The notes under the pieces: model-generated
Told to the model about the DNA's origin: nothing
Database searches by the model: none
The model's input: the letters and a program-made list of their open reading frames with translations, nothing else
Source of the DNA: Candidatus Limnocylindrales bacterium
Lineage (GTDB): Bacteria; Chloroflexota; Limnocylindria; Limnocylindrales; CSP1-4
Direction of reading: 5' to 3'
DNA length: 64,000 nt
Assembly (NCBI GenBank): GCA_038239115.1
Contig: JBBSFD010000013.1
Location: 2,560-66,559, forward strand
Program-made: the position numbers and the translations under genes
In this document: positions 56,306 to 64,000 of the stretch, piece after piece
Numbering within the stretch: position 1 is the stretch's first letter
How the letters are laid out: every line of letters starts with the position of its first letter

Positions 56306-57806
56306 GGCCGCCGTCGAGACCCGGACGTTCCAGCTGTTCATCGCTGGCGAGTGGGTCGATTCGGTCAGCGGCCAGACATTCGAGAGTCGCAACCCGGCCG
56401 ACACCCGCGACCTGGTCGGGGAGTTCCAGACGGGCACGGCCGCCGATGTCGCCCGGGCGATTCGCGCCGCCGAGATCGCCGGCGTCGCCTGGCGCCGCAC
56501 GCCGGCCCCCAAGCGGGGCGAGATCCTGTACCGCTTCGGGGCGCTGCTGGCCGAGCACAAGGAGCGCCTGGCCCGGGCGATGACCCGCGAGATGGGCAAG
56601 GTCCTGGCCGAGGCCCGGGGCGACGTCCAGGAGGGCATCGATATCGCCTTCCTGATGGCCGGCGAGGGCCGCCGGCTGTTCGGCGACACGACCCCGTCCG
56701 AGCTGCCCGACAAGTGGGCGATGTCGATCCGCGAGCCGATCGGCGTGGCCGGAATCATCACCCCCTGGAACTTCCCGATGGCGATCCCGTGCTGGAAGAT
56801 GATGCCGGCGCTGGTCAGCGGCAATACCGTCGTGTTCAAGCCGTCGAGCGACACGCCTCACTGCGCCACGCTCCTGGTCGAGCTCATGGCCGAGGCCGGC
56901 TTCCCGCCGGGGACCGTCAACCTGGTCACCGGGCCGGGGGCCGAGGTCGGCGATGCGATCGTGGGCAGTCCCGATGTCCCGGTGATCAGCTTCACCGGCA
57001 ACACGGAGACCGGCCGGCGACTGGCGACCCAGGCGGCTACCCGGCTCAAGCGGGTCAGCCTCGAGCTGGGTGGCAAGAACGGGATCGTGGTCATGGCCGA
57101 CGCGGATCTCGACCTGGCCACCGACGGGATCCTGTGGTCGGCCTTCGGAACCACCGGCCAGCGTTGCACCGCGGCCAGCCGGGTGATCGTCGAGCGGCCG
57201 GTCGTCGACGCCCTGCTCGAACGGCTCGAACGCCGGGCCAATGGACTCCGGCTCGGTTCGGGCCTCGAGCCATCGACCGACGTCGGGCCGTTGATCAACG
57301 CGGCGGCCCTCGACAAGGTGTCGGGCTACATCGAGGTCGGCCGGCGCGACGGCGAGCTCGTGACCGGCGGCGGACAAGGGAGCGGCGCCGCCCTCGACCA
57401 CGGCCACTTCTTCGAGCCGACGATCTTCGCCGGCGTGGCCCCGATGGCCCGGATCGCCCAGGAGGAGATCTTCGGGCCGGTCCTGTCGGTCATCCCGGTC
57501 GACGACTACGACGCGGCCGTCACGGCCCTCAACCAGATCCGCTATGGCCTGTCGTCCTCGATCTTCACCCGCGACGCGAACACGGCCTTCCGGGCGATGC
57601 GCGATTTCGAGACCGGCATCGTGTACATCAACGCCGGCACGATCGGCGCGGAGACGCACCTGCCCTTCGGCGGGACGAAGGAGACCGGCAACGGCCATCG
57701 CGAGGCCGGCCACGCCGCGCTCGATACGTACACCGAGTGGAAGTCGATCTACGTCGATTTCTCGGGCCGACTCCAGAAGGCCCAGATCGACAACCAGCCG
57801 GGCTGA
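56298..57806 (+). CDS. NAD(P)-dependent aldehyde dehydrogenase
   Basis: Start [20 protein letters not shown] overlaps the thiolase end by 8 nt. Motifs [16 protein letters not shown] and EEIFGPV. Confidence 0.9.
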   Translation: MAEAAVETRTFQLFIAGEWVDSVSGQTFESRNPADTRDLVGEFQTGTAADVARAIRAAEIAGVAWRRTPAPKRGEILYRFGALLAEHKERLARAMTREMGKVLAEARGDVQEGIDIAFLMAGEGRRLFGDTTPSELPDKWAMSIREPIGVAGIITPWNFPMAIPCWKMMPALVSGNTVVFKPSSDTPHCATLLVELMAEAGFPPGTVNLVTGPGAEVGDAIVGSPDVPVISFTGNTETGRRLATQAATRLKRVSLELGGKNGIVVMADADLDLATDGILWSAFGTTGQRCTAASRVIVERPVVDALLERLERRANGLRLGSGLEPSTDVGPLINAAALDKVSGYIEVGRRDGELVTGGGQGSGAALDHGHFFEPTIFAGVAPMARIAQEEIFGPVLSVIPVDDYDAAVTALNQIRYGLSSSIFTRDANTAFRAMRDFETGIVYINAGTIGAETHLPFGGTKETGNGHREAGHAALDTYTEWKSIYVDFSGRLQKAQIDNQPG

Positions 57807-57827
57807 GCGTGCCCGAGGCTGTGTGAT

Positions 57828-59261
57828 TCAGCTGGGCACGAACTCGGCCTCACTCTCGACACGCCGGTCCCGGCCAGTGCGCCGGCTGGCCCGATCCTTG
57901 CGCCGGCTCATCTCCTCGTCCGCCACCTTCATGAAGCCGTCCAGCTCGTCCTTGCCGGCTTCCTCCTTTGACCAGAGCCGGCCGACGTCGTCCTTCGCGG
58001 GCCTGAGCTCCTTGAGGGCCGGCAGGAGGCAGGCGCCCGCCGTCGCCGAGACGCGCAGTGGGCCGCGCACAGGGTGCAGGATCGTCGGGTCGATCAGCCG
58101 GCGCAGTCGATCGATGACCTCCTCGGCGGCTGCTTCGTCGCTGATGCCTGTCGCGAGCGCGAGGAACTCGTCGCCGTGCAGGTGCGCGATGAAGAGGTCT
58201 GGGCCGCTGGCCATCTGGAGGCGACGTCCGACCTCGAAGAGGACGTCGTCGCCCACGTTGTGGCCGTTGTCGTCATTGACGCGCTTGAAACCGTCGAGGT
58301 CGAGGTAGATGAGGCATCTGCTTGGCTGGGTCGCATCGCCGCGCCGCAGGTCGCGCCAAACCTGATCGAACATGTGGCGCGTCGGAAGGCCGGTCTTCTC
58401 GCTATACCGCAGCCGCCAGCTCGACTGGTGGTGGGCCATAGACCGGCTGGCGGCCAAGTCCGCGACGACGATCAGGACCGGGGCCCACCAGAGGCCTTGG
58501 ACGTACACGAGGGCTGCCAACCACGCGATGCACGCCTCGGCGCCCCCCGCGACTGCCCAGTCGACCCTGCTGACGATGGCAAAGGCCCCGTTCAGATGGC
58601 GGCCCTGCCGGGCGTACCAGAGAGCGAAGCCGAGGCCTTGTTCGATCGTGACCGCCACCGCGGTGCCGATGAGGATCGCGCCGAGATCGCGCACCTGGAT
58701 CGGATCGATGGGCGCGAGGCGGACGCCGAGCATCACCACGGCCCCCACGGTCGCGGCGACGCAGCGCACAGCGTGGCCTCCGAGCAGGTCGAACCGTGGG
58801 GTTCCTTCGCGAAATGCCCGGATCGGAACGGTGCCGAGGAGCGCGACCCAGGCCGCGGCGGCAGGACCTCCGAGCAGTCCGGCCGCCATGACCGGGGCGA
58901 TCGAGTAGACGAATGGGACCTGCCCGGTCCCTCGGGTGCCCTGGGTGGCGGTCGCGACACAGATGGCGACCCACAAGGTGCACCCGGTCAGGGCCGGATT
59001 GAGGCCGAACGGCGCATACGGGAGCTGCATCGCCCCGAAGAACGGGTAGAACACCACGGTCGCGGCAATGACGACCGCGATGCCGACGGCGCAGTACACG
59101 GCCACCAAGGCGGCCAACAGCCGAGGATTCGCATCAGCCGCAGATGTTGCGTGCAGGAGATGCCCATCCCGCCGGAGCAGCGCGATCATCCGAGGCATGA
59201 CGGCCAACGCCTGTCGTCCCGCCGACCGGAAGGTCGAGGACAACCCGGACGCCGAGCTCAT
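57828..59261 (-). CDS. membrane-anchored GGDEF-domain protein with variant HGDEF motif
   Basis: The N-terminal roughly 270 aa are polytopic. The C-terminus reads YLDLDGFKRVNDDNGHNVGDDVL..FIAHLHGDEFLAL. Confidence 0.8.
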   Translation of the reverse strand: MSSASGLSSTFRSAGRQALAVMPRMIALLRRDGHLLHATSAADANPRLLAALVAVYCAVGIAVVIAATVVFYPFFGAMQLPYAPFGLNPALTGCTLWVAICVATATQGTRGTGQVPFVYSIAPVMAAGLLGGPAAAAWVALLGTVPIRAFREGTPRFDLLGGHAVRCVAATVGAVVMLGVRLAPIDPIQVRDLGAILIGTAVAVTIEQGLGFALWYARQGRHLNGAFAIVSRVDWAVAGGAEACIAWLAALVYVQGLWWAPVLIVVADLAASRSMAHHQSSWRLRYSEKTGLPTRHMFDQVWRDLRRGDATQPSRCLIYLDLDGFKRVNDDNGHNVGDDVLFEVGRRLQMASGPDLFIAHLHGDEFLALATGISDEAAAEEVIDRLRRLIDPTILHPVRGPLRVSATAGACLLPALKELRPAKDDVGRLWSKEEAGKDELDGFMKVADEEMSRRKDRASRRTGRDRRVESEAEFVPS

Positions 59262-59394
59262 GCCCGGACCCCACCTGGCGATATGCAGGCGTCTATCACC
59301 CGCATGGAACGCGCCTGACTACCGGGCGGACACGAAACGGCGAGCCACCCCCCAGAGCACGAAGGCGACGAGCCGATGAAGAGCCCGATGGGCG

Positions 59395-60177
59395 TCACTT
59401 GACCCCATCGGTAGGTGGCGGCACGAGGCCGCAATCGGGCGTCGTACAGAGGTCCAGCCCAAGTTCGGCGAGACCCTCGGCCAGCGGTGTGAAACCAAGG
59501 TTGCCGCCAAAGGTCCGAGAGGTCACGCCGGCCGGGATGCCGCGCACCAGGACAACGCTACCCGAGTCGCCACCGCCGACCTGGAGGGTCGACACGATCA
59601 TGCACGGGAAGTAGGAGCCGTCCTCGGCCGGCGGCTGGAGGTTCTCGCCTTTCCCGGTCACGGTTCCGGTCCGGTAGAGGTTGCGCCCGTCCATCTCGAT
59701 CGGGTCTCCGACCGTGATCTCGGAGCAGGTCAGTGACTTCGCGCCGGGTTCGAGGATCCGGTAGCCGCCGACGCCCAGGTCGATGACGTTGAGGTGGCCC
59801 CACGGGATGCGGTCAACGGCGACCACGACGTAGTTCATGTCCGATGCATGGCAGGTGTGACCGGCGTACGGGCAGGTTGCGTCCTGTGCCCATGGCCCGG
59901 CGACCCCCTGCTCGCCTTCGACCGTGCCCTCGTCGCCGCAGTGCGGGGACGAAGTCAGGACGATGGTGTCGCCGTGGCGGGCGTAGACGCCAGCCGAACA
60001 GTAGCCCGGGATCTGCTGGCCTGCGAGGACCGGCGGATCGTAGAGCGGCGTGGTCCGCCGCGGGGTCGTGACAGTCGAGACGCCCCAGAACAGGCCGATC
60101 CCGAGCAGCACGCCGACGAGCGCGACAATGAGGAGTCGACGAGTGCGGACTAGCGGACTCGTCCTCGTGGCTGGCAT
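59395..60177 (-). CDS. secreted/anchored S1 (chymotrypsin/alpha-lytic-type) serine peptidase
   Basis: Start MPATRTSPLVRTRRLLIVALVGVLLGIGLFWG at 60177. Catalytic Ser in GGGDSGS. Multiple Cys pairs. Confidence 0.7.
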   Translation of the reverse strand: MPATRTSPLVRTRRLLIVALVGVLLGIGLFWGVSTVTTPRRTTPLYDPPVLAGQQIPGYCSAGVYARHGDTIVLTSSPHCGDEGTVEGEQGVAGPWAQDATCPYAGHTCHASDMNYVVVAVDRIPWGHLNVIDLGVGGYRILEPGAKSLTCSEITVGDPIEMDGRNLYRTGTVTGKGENLQPPAEDGSYFPCMIVSTLQVGGGDSGSVVLVRGIPAGVTSRTFGGNLGFTPLAEGLAELGLDLCTTPDCGLVPPPTDGVK

Positions 60178-60394
60178 CGGCGGTGGTCCTCGCGTGCGGA
60201 CGGTTTGGCAGAAGTGTTCGCGCTGATTGATACAAGCAGCACGAGCCGCCCTCGCCAATCCACTGGATGTCCTGCCCCACTCCCGAGACCATGGAGCGGG
60301 CTGTGGCCCGGGAAGCCTCTTCGGTCGACCGGATTCGGGTGAACGAACGGCTGCTTCGGGGTGACCGGAGCCCCCGATGGGGTATCCTTCGCCC

Positions 60395-60469
60395 GGGCCG
60401 GTAGCTCAACGGCAGAGCAACTGACTCTTAATCAGTTGGTTGGGGGTTCGAATCCCCCCCGGCTCACCA
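60395..60469 (+). tRNA. tRNA-Lys (anticodon CUU), CCA encoded
   Basis: Acceptor GGGCCGG/CCGGCTC, anticodon arm ACTGA-CTCTTAA-TCAGT, T arm GGGGG-TTCGAAT-CCCCC. Confidence 0.9.
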
Positions 60470-60541
60470 CCCCGCCGCGCACGAAATGAGGCCCCCGGCA
60501 TTGCGCCGAGGGCCTCTCGTTTTCGGCCGTACCCCCTCGGG

Positions 60542-60928
60542 TCAGGAGGCCGGCGGTGCCATGCCGAGGAGCTGCCCGAGATCAGGCCTCGTGAACGGGT
60601 CGTCTTCTACGATCTTGCCGTTCGCGAGACGGTAGAAGGTCAGACCCTCAGCCGTGACTTTCTCCCCACTGGGACGGGTGATCTCGCTAGTGAAGCGAGC
60701 GACCACCACATCCCCGTCGGCCACGAGGTCCCGGATGGTGAAGTGCATGCCCGAGACCGCAGCAGCCATCGCGCCGAGGATCCCCTTGAAGCCGGCGAGA
60801 TCGGCACCGCCCATCGCGGTGTTCACGTAGTTCGTGGCCGCCAGCTCGTCGAGCACGGCCAGGTTCTGTCCGTCCAGGACCTCGGTCATGAACTGGCGGA
60901 CGACGGCCTTGTTCTCTTCAGTCGACAT
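60542..60928 (-). CDS. SnoaL-like ester cyclase family protein
   Basis: 128 aa from Met 60928 (AGGAG upstream). MSTEENKAVVRQFMTEVLDGQNLAVLDELAATNYV..FYRLANGKIVE. Confidence 0.8.
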   Translation of the reverse strand: MSTEENKAVVRQFMTEVLDGQNLAVLDELAATNYVNTAMGGADLAGFKGILGAMAAAVSGMHFTIRDLVADGDVVVARFTSEITRPSGEKVTAEGLTFYRLANGKIVEDDPFTRPDLGQLLGMAPPAS

Positions 60929-61071
60929 GACGGGACGCTCCTTGGGAGAGTTGCTGGGCGCCGAGTATGGGCCGGTTGACGACCCGGCACCGGCCGGAGT
61001 TGACGTCGTCGGGGCGCGAGCATCTGCTCGTGATTCAGGTCGAGCGACGACCTGTCCGTTGGCCCGATCCT

Positions 61072-61236
61072 CCGGAATATCAGCGGGTGGAGTAGTACGG
61101 ATCGAATCTGGCCCCGGGAGGCCGGGTCCGCCCGGATCAGGGCTCGGGCCACGCACGAGTGAGTTCACGCAGCGGGCCTCGGACGCCAAAAGGGGACCCG
61201 ACTTCTTCCGTAGTACTCCGTGGATTGATAATCCGG
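61072..61236 (+). repeat. palindromic structured element, copy D (short subfamily)
   Basis: CCGGAATATCAGCGGGTGGAGTAGTACGG ... CCGTAGTACTCCGTGGATTGATAATCCGG. Differs from copy E at 6 positions by my alignment. Confidence 0.85.
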
Positions 61237-61283
61237 AACAACCGAGCCGGCCAGGGGCTCCCGGAACAACCGAGCCGGCCAGG
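61233..61283 (+). repeat. 28-nt-period tandem duplication at the 3' edge of copy D
   Basis: CCGGAACAACCGAGCCGGCCAGG occurs at 61233-61255 and 61261-61283, separated by GGCTC. It is single-copy at the equivalent place after copy E. Confidence 0.85.
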
Positions 61284-61396
61284 AACCGGATCAGATTAAT
61301 GCCTAGCCGAGCGCCCTGGAACGCCGGCTACAGTCAGCCTATGCTCGGTGACGCCCAGCGGCGGCAAGCCGCTCGCCACTCATCGGAGGGACGCTG

Positions 61397-62282
61397 ATGG
61401 CTCGACAGCTGCTTCTCATTTGCGCGGTCGTTGGCCTGCTCGCCGGGTGCTCGTCCGCGGCGACTCCCGCCGGAGGTCAGCCGTCGAGTTCGGTGTCGGC
61501 CACGTCGCCCGCTCTTTCGCCAGGCACCAGCCCGTCACCCGCGACGTCTTGATCAGCTCCAAGCGTCGGTGACGCGTGGCATCTCGTGGCTGTCGGAGAC
61601 TCGATTCAGTTCAACAGCCCAGCCGACTGTCCCGGCTGCACGGGCCTCGTGGATCGCTATGCCAAGGCGATCAACGCCAAAACCGGTCACGGTGTCAATG
61701 TCTCCAATGACTCAGAACACAGTGGCCTGCAGGTCGATGATCTCCTGACAGAGTTGTCGAACGCCTCGGAGAAGAACACGCTCGCCCACGCGGACATCAT
61801 CGTGGTCGGGATCGCCCACAACGACGTGCCCATGAACCGCGACGACGATCCCTGTGATGGGGCCGGCGGCGACAATCCGGACTGGTCCAAATACACCGCA
61901 GCGTGTGTCAAGGCTGACGTCGCGATCTTCCAGCCCAAGTACGAGAGTGTCTTCAAGCAGATCGCGGCGCTGCGGGCCGGAAAGCCAACGATTCTCCGGG
62001 CCCTGAACCGCTACAACGACTGGAACGACGGGGCCACTCTCTCGCCCGCGGGCGTCGCCGCCACGAAACTCGTGATCGACGCCTGGAGCAAGATGACCTG
62101 CGGGGCAGCCAAGGCGAACGGCTTCCTGTGCGCCAACATCTACCGCGTTCAATGGCCACGACGGACTGAAGCCGTCCGGCAACCTTCTCGCTGCCGACTA
62201 CACCCACCCGCCCGACAAGGGCAACGAGGTGATTGCTCAGACCCTCATCGACCTCGGACTTGCACCGTTGGCTACCCCGTAG
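61397..62282 (+). pseudogene. SGNH/GDSL hydrolase lipoprotein gene with an in-frame TGA and a frameshift
   Basis: ATG at 61397 (GGAGGG upstream) encodes the lipobox signal MARQLLLICAVVGLLAGC. An in-frame TGA lies at 61550-61552, verified codon by codon. The same frame continues into VAVGDSIQF (block I). Near 62145-62148 the frame shifts by 1. The shifted frame reads FNGHDGLKPSGNLLAADYTHPPDKGNEVIAQ (block V DxxH) to TAG at 62280-62282. Confidence 0.8.
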
Positions 62283-62385
62283 AACCGTTGGTCACCCTGT
62301 AGAATCCTGGCGTCGATCCCGCGCAAGCGGCCCACCTAACCGGTTCGCCGGCTCCCCACGCTGACTGCAGGCGCCAGCCGATCTT

Positions 62386-62550
62386 CCGGAATATCAGTGG
62401 GTTGAGTAGTACGGAACGAATCTGGCCCCGGGAGGCCGCGTCCGCCCGGATCAGGGCTCGGGCCACGCACGAGTGAGTTCACGCAGCGGGCCTCGGACGC
62501 CAAAAGGGGACCCGACTTCTTCCGTAGTACTCCGTGGATTAATAAGCCGG
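62386..62550 (+). repeat. palindromic structured element, copy E (short subfamily)
   Basis: CCGGAATATCAGTGGGTTGAGTAGTACGG ... CCGTAGTACTCCGTGGATTAATAAGCCGG. The shared flank AACAACCGAGCCGGCCAGGAACC.GATCAG continues for about 50 nt, as it does after copy D. Confidence 0.85.
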
Positions 62551-62588
62551 AACAACCGAGCCGGCCAGGAACCCGATCAGGTCAGCGC

Positions 62589-62771
62589 CTAGCCGAGCGA
62601 CCGTCGGACCGTGAAGGCTCGCCACAGGCCGAGCACGATGATCGAGCCCAGGACCGCGATCACGATGCTCTCAAGGTTGAGGCCGGTCACGTCGCCCTTG
62701 TCGAACAGGGCGGCCGAGATCGCGCCGCCCACGAGGGCGCCGACGATGCCCAGGACGATCGTGGCAACCAC
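62589..62771 (-). CDS. GlsB/YeaQ/YmgE-family small membrane protein, N-terminus apparently disrupted
   Basis: The track ORF (GTG 62771) covers only TM2-TM3 (VATIVLGIVGALVGGAI..IVIAVLGSIIVLGLW). The same frame is open upstream (RVLGAIAGFIATVALIGTEG) with no ATG, GTG or TTG. The family-typical IGIISW lies in a different frame at 62833-62850. Confidence 0.6.
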   Translation of the reverse strand: MVATIVLGIVGALVGGAISAALFDKGDVTGLNLESIVIAVLGSIIVLGLWRAFTVRRSLG

Positions 62772-62863
62772 CCCTTCGGTTCCGATCAGGGCGACCGTGG
62801 CGATGAATCCGGCGATCGCACCGAGGACGCGTCCAGCTGATGATGCCGATGGTGTCGATGCCC

Positions 62864-63196
62864 TCAGTTCGTTCGGCCGCTGTCCGTGGCGTCGATCAGG
62901 CCCTGCAGCCAGCCGGACATGCCGGCCAGGTGCATCCGGGCGTTCTTCGAAATCCCGGCACCGTCGAGCCGAACGCGCGCTGGGGCCGCGTTTGGCCCGG
63001 AACCCGTCGGTGGCAGGGGGAAGAGCACCCGGAACTCGGCCGAGAGCGGATCGTCTTCGCCCAGCAGTTCCGTGATGGCAGTCCGGAATCGCCGGTCGGC
63101 TTCTACCAGGCCTTCGGCAAAGGTCGGGTACGAGCCTTGCTCGCGCAGGGTTGCTTCGATGGCGGCCCTGACCCGGATGGCGACGTCACGATCCAC
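62864..63196 (-). CDS. hypothetical protein (faint resemblance to DUF2587/proteasome-activator-like helical proteins)
   Basis: 110 aa, MDRDVAIRVRAAIEATLREQ..LSAEFRVLFPLP..HLAGMSGWLQGLIDA. The family assignment is from memory only and is weak. Confidence 0.5.
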   Translation of the reverse strand: MDRDVAIRVRAAIEATLREQGSYPTFAEGLVEADRRFRTAITELLGEDDPLSAEFRVLFPLPPTGSGPNAAPARVRLDGAGISKNARMHLAGMSGWLQGLIDATDSGRTN

Positions 63197-63280
63197 CGCG
63201 CCACTATAGGGTCAACTCCCGCTGGGCTTCGGGCCGGCCGTTCGTTTGCCGCCGGCTGCCGGTCGGCTGATGATGGCCGC

Positions 63281-64000
63281 ATGAAGATCACGACAGGCGT
63301 CCATCGGATCGGCTCCGGGCTCGTCAACGCGTACCTGGTCGAGGAGGGCGGCGAGGTCACGATCATCGACGCCGGCATGCCCGGCAACTGGGGCGAGCTG
63401 CCGGCCGAGCTCGGGGCGATGGGCCGCTCATTGGCCGACGTGCGCGCCGTCGTCCTGACCCACGGCCACTCCGACCACATCGGCTTTGCCGAGCAGGCCC
63501 GCGTCGAGCTGAAGGTGCCGGTCTCGGTCCACGAGCTGGACGCGGCCCTGGCCCGCGGCGAGACGCCCAACCCGGCCAAGGGCGCAGGCCGCATCCGGAT
63601 TGGACCGCTCCTTCGATTCATGCTCCTCGGACTGCGCAACGGCGCCTTCCGGACGAAGAACCCGGTCGAGGTGTCAACCTTCGGCGACGGTGCGACCCTC
63701 GACGTGCCCGGGGCGCCGCGAGTCATTCTCGTGCCCGGCCATACCCCGGGCAGCGCGGCGCTCCATATCCCGAGCCTCGGGGCGCTGTTTGTGGGCGATG
63801 CCATGGCCACGGTCTCGGTCGCATCGGGCGAAACGGGGCCGATGATCGCCCCGTGGAGTGCTGATCGGGCGACCGCAGTTGCCTCGCTGGCCCGACTCGA
63901 CGGCATCGAGGCCGCCTGGCTACTGCCCGGCCACGGTCAGCCCTGGACCGGGGGCGTGGCGGCCGCCGTCGGGAAGATCCGCGACGACGCAAGGAACGCG
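63281..64000 (+). CDS. MBL-fold metallo-hydrolase, 3' end cut by window edge
   Basis: ATG at 63281. MKITTGVHRIGSGLVNAYLVEEGGEVTIIDAG..VVLTHGHSDHIGF..VPGHTPGS..LLPGHGQPW. Open to the last base, so it is absent from the ORF track. Track ORF 63103..63906 is its antisense. Confidence 0.85.
   Translation, partial: MKITTGVHRIGSGLVNAYLVEEGGEVTIIDAGMPGNWGELPAELGAMGRSLADVRAVVLTHGHSDHIGFAEQARVELKVPVSVHELDAALARGETPNPAKGAGRIRIGPLLRFMLLGLRNGAFRTKNPVEVSTFGDGATLDVPGAPRVILVPGHTPGSAALHIPSLGALFVGDAMATVSVASGETGPMIAPWSADRATAVASLARLDGIEAAWLLPGHGQPWTGGVAAAVGKIRDDARNA

Noticed and set aside
61550-61552. In-frame TGA as selenocysteine or recoding
   Set aside because: It lies in a low-complexity Ser/Pro linker where TCA to TGA is a one-step mutation. 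No SECIS-like hairpin follows. The same gene also has a frameshift, so a pseudogene is the simpler reading.
60886-62466. Two similar small ORFs, MARALIRAD(P/A)ASRGQIRSVLL(H/N)PLIFR(R/K)IG (60886..61152 and 62272..62466)
   Set aside because: They are similar only because they lie inside near-identical repeat copies D and E. The frame is not preserved in copies A, B or C, so the similarity is no evidence for a protein.
63103-63906. 267-aa minus-strand ORF near the window end
   Set aside because: Antisense to a clear MBL-fold hydrolase (THGHSDH) that is open to the window edge.

Overview
High-GC (roughly 70% by eye) bacterial chromosomal segment. Gene content looks Actinomycetota/Chloroflexota-like, but I cannot assign a taxon. 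I can support about 60 protein genes, 3 tRNAs (Glu-CUC, Arg-UCU, Lys-CUU), several hairpin terminators and several repeat classes.

Most of the window is ordinary core metabolism:
- a 2-oxoacid dehydrogenase cluster (lpdA, E1 alpha, E1 beta, E2) with lipA
- two acyl-CoA dehydrogenases
- a split B12-dependent acyl-CoA mutase with MeaB
- 3-hydroxyacyl-CoA dehydrogenase, thiolase and aldehyde dehydrogenase
- folE, trxA and ettA
- two ABC-2 exporter pairs

The least explained signal is a five-copy family of 165-210 nt imperfect-palindrome elements. They share a conserved bulged basal stem, a compensatory upper stem and a variable apex. One copy is fused to a frameshifted HTH/PD-(D/E)xK gene that splits the dehydrogenase operon. 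Two copies flank a decayed SGNH lipoprotein gene. I cannot match the family to a known RNA or IS from memory, and there is no transposase, RT or Cas gene in the window.

Other points worth a look:
- an ECF sigma factor translationally coupled to an MGMT protein with a C-terminal Ada-type zinc domain
- a luciferase-like oxidoreductase fused to a MenA-type prenyltransferase
- an orphan alpha-class DNA methyltransferase beside tRNA-Arg
- a small tRNA-Arg-adjacent islet holding an excisionase-like HTH gene and a 57-aa Flp pilin that is absent from the ORF track
- an unusually high number of disrupted genes

The ORF track misses three real genes: the edge-truncated zinc-ribbon gene, the edge-truncated MBL hydrolase and flp. 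It also contains many long high-GC antisense or off-frame artefacts. All calls come from reading the sequence and remembered family motifs. No database search was run.
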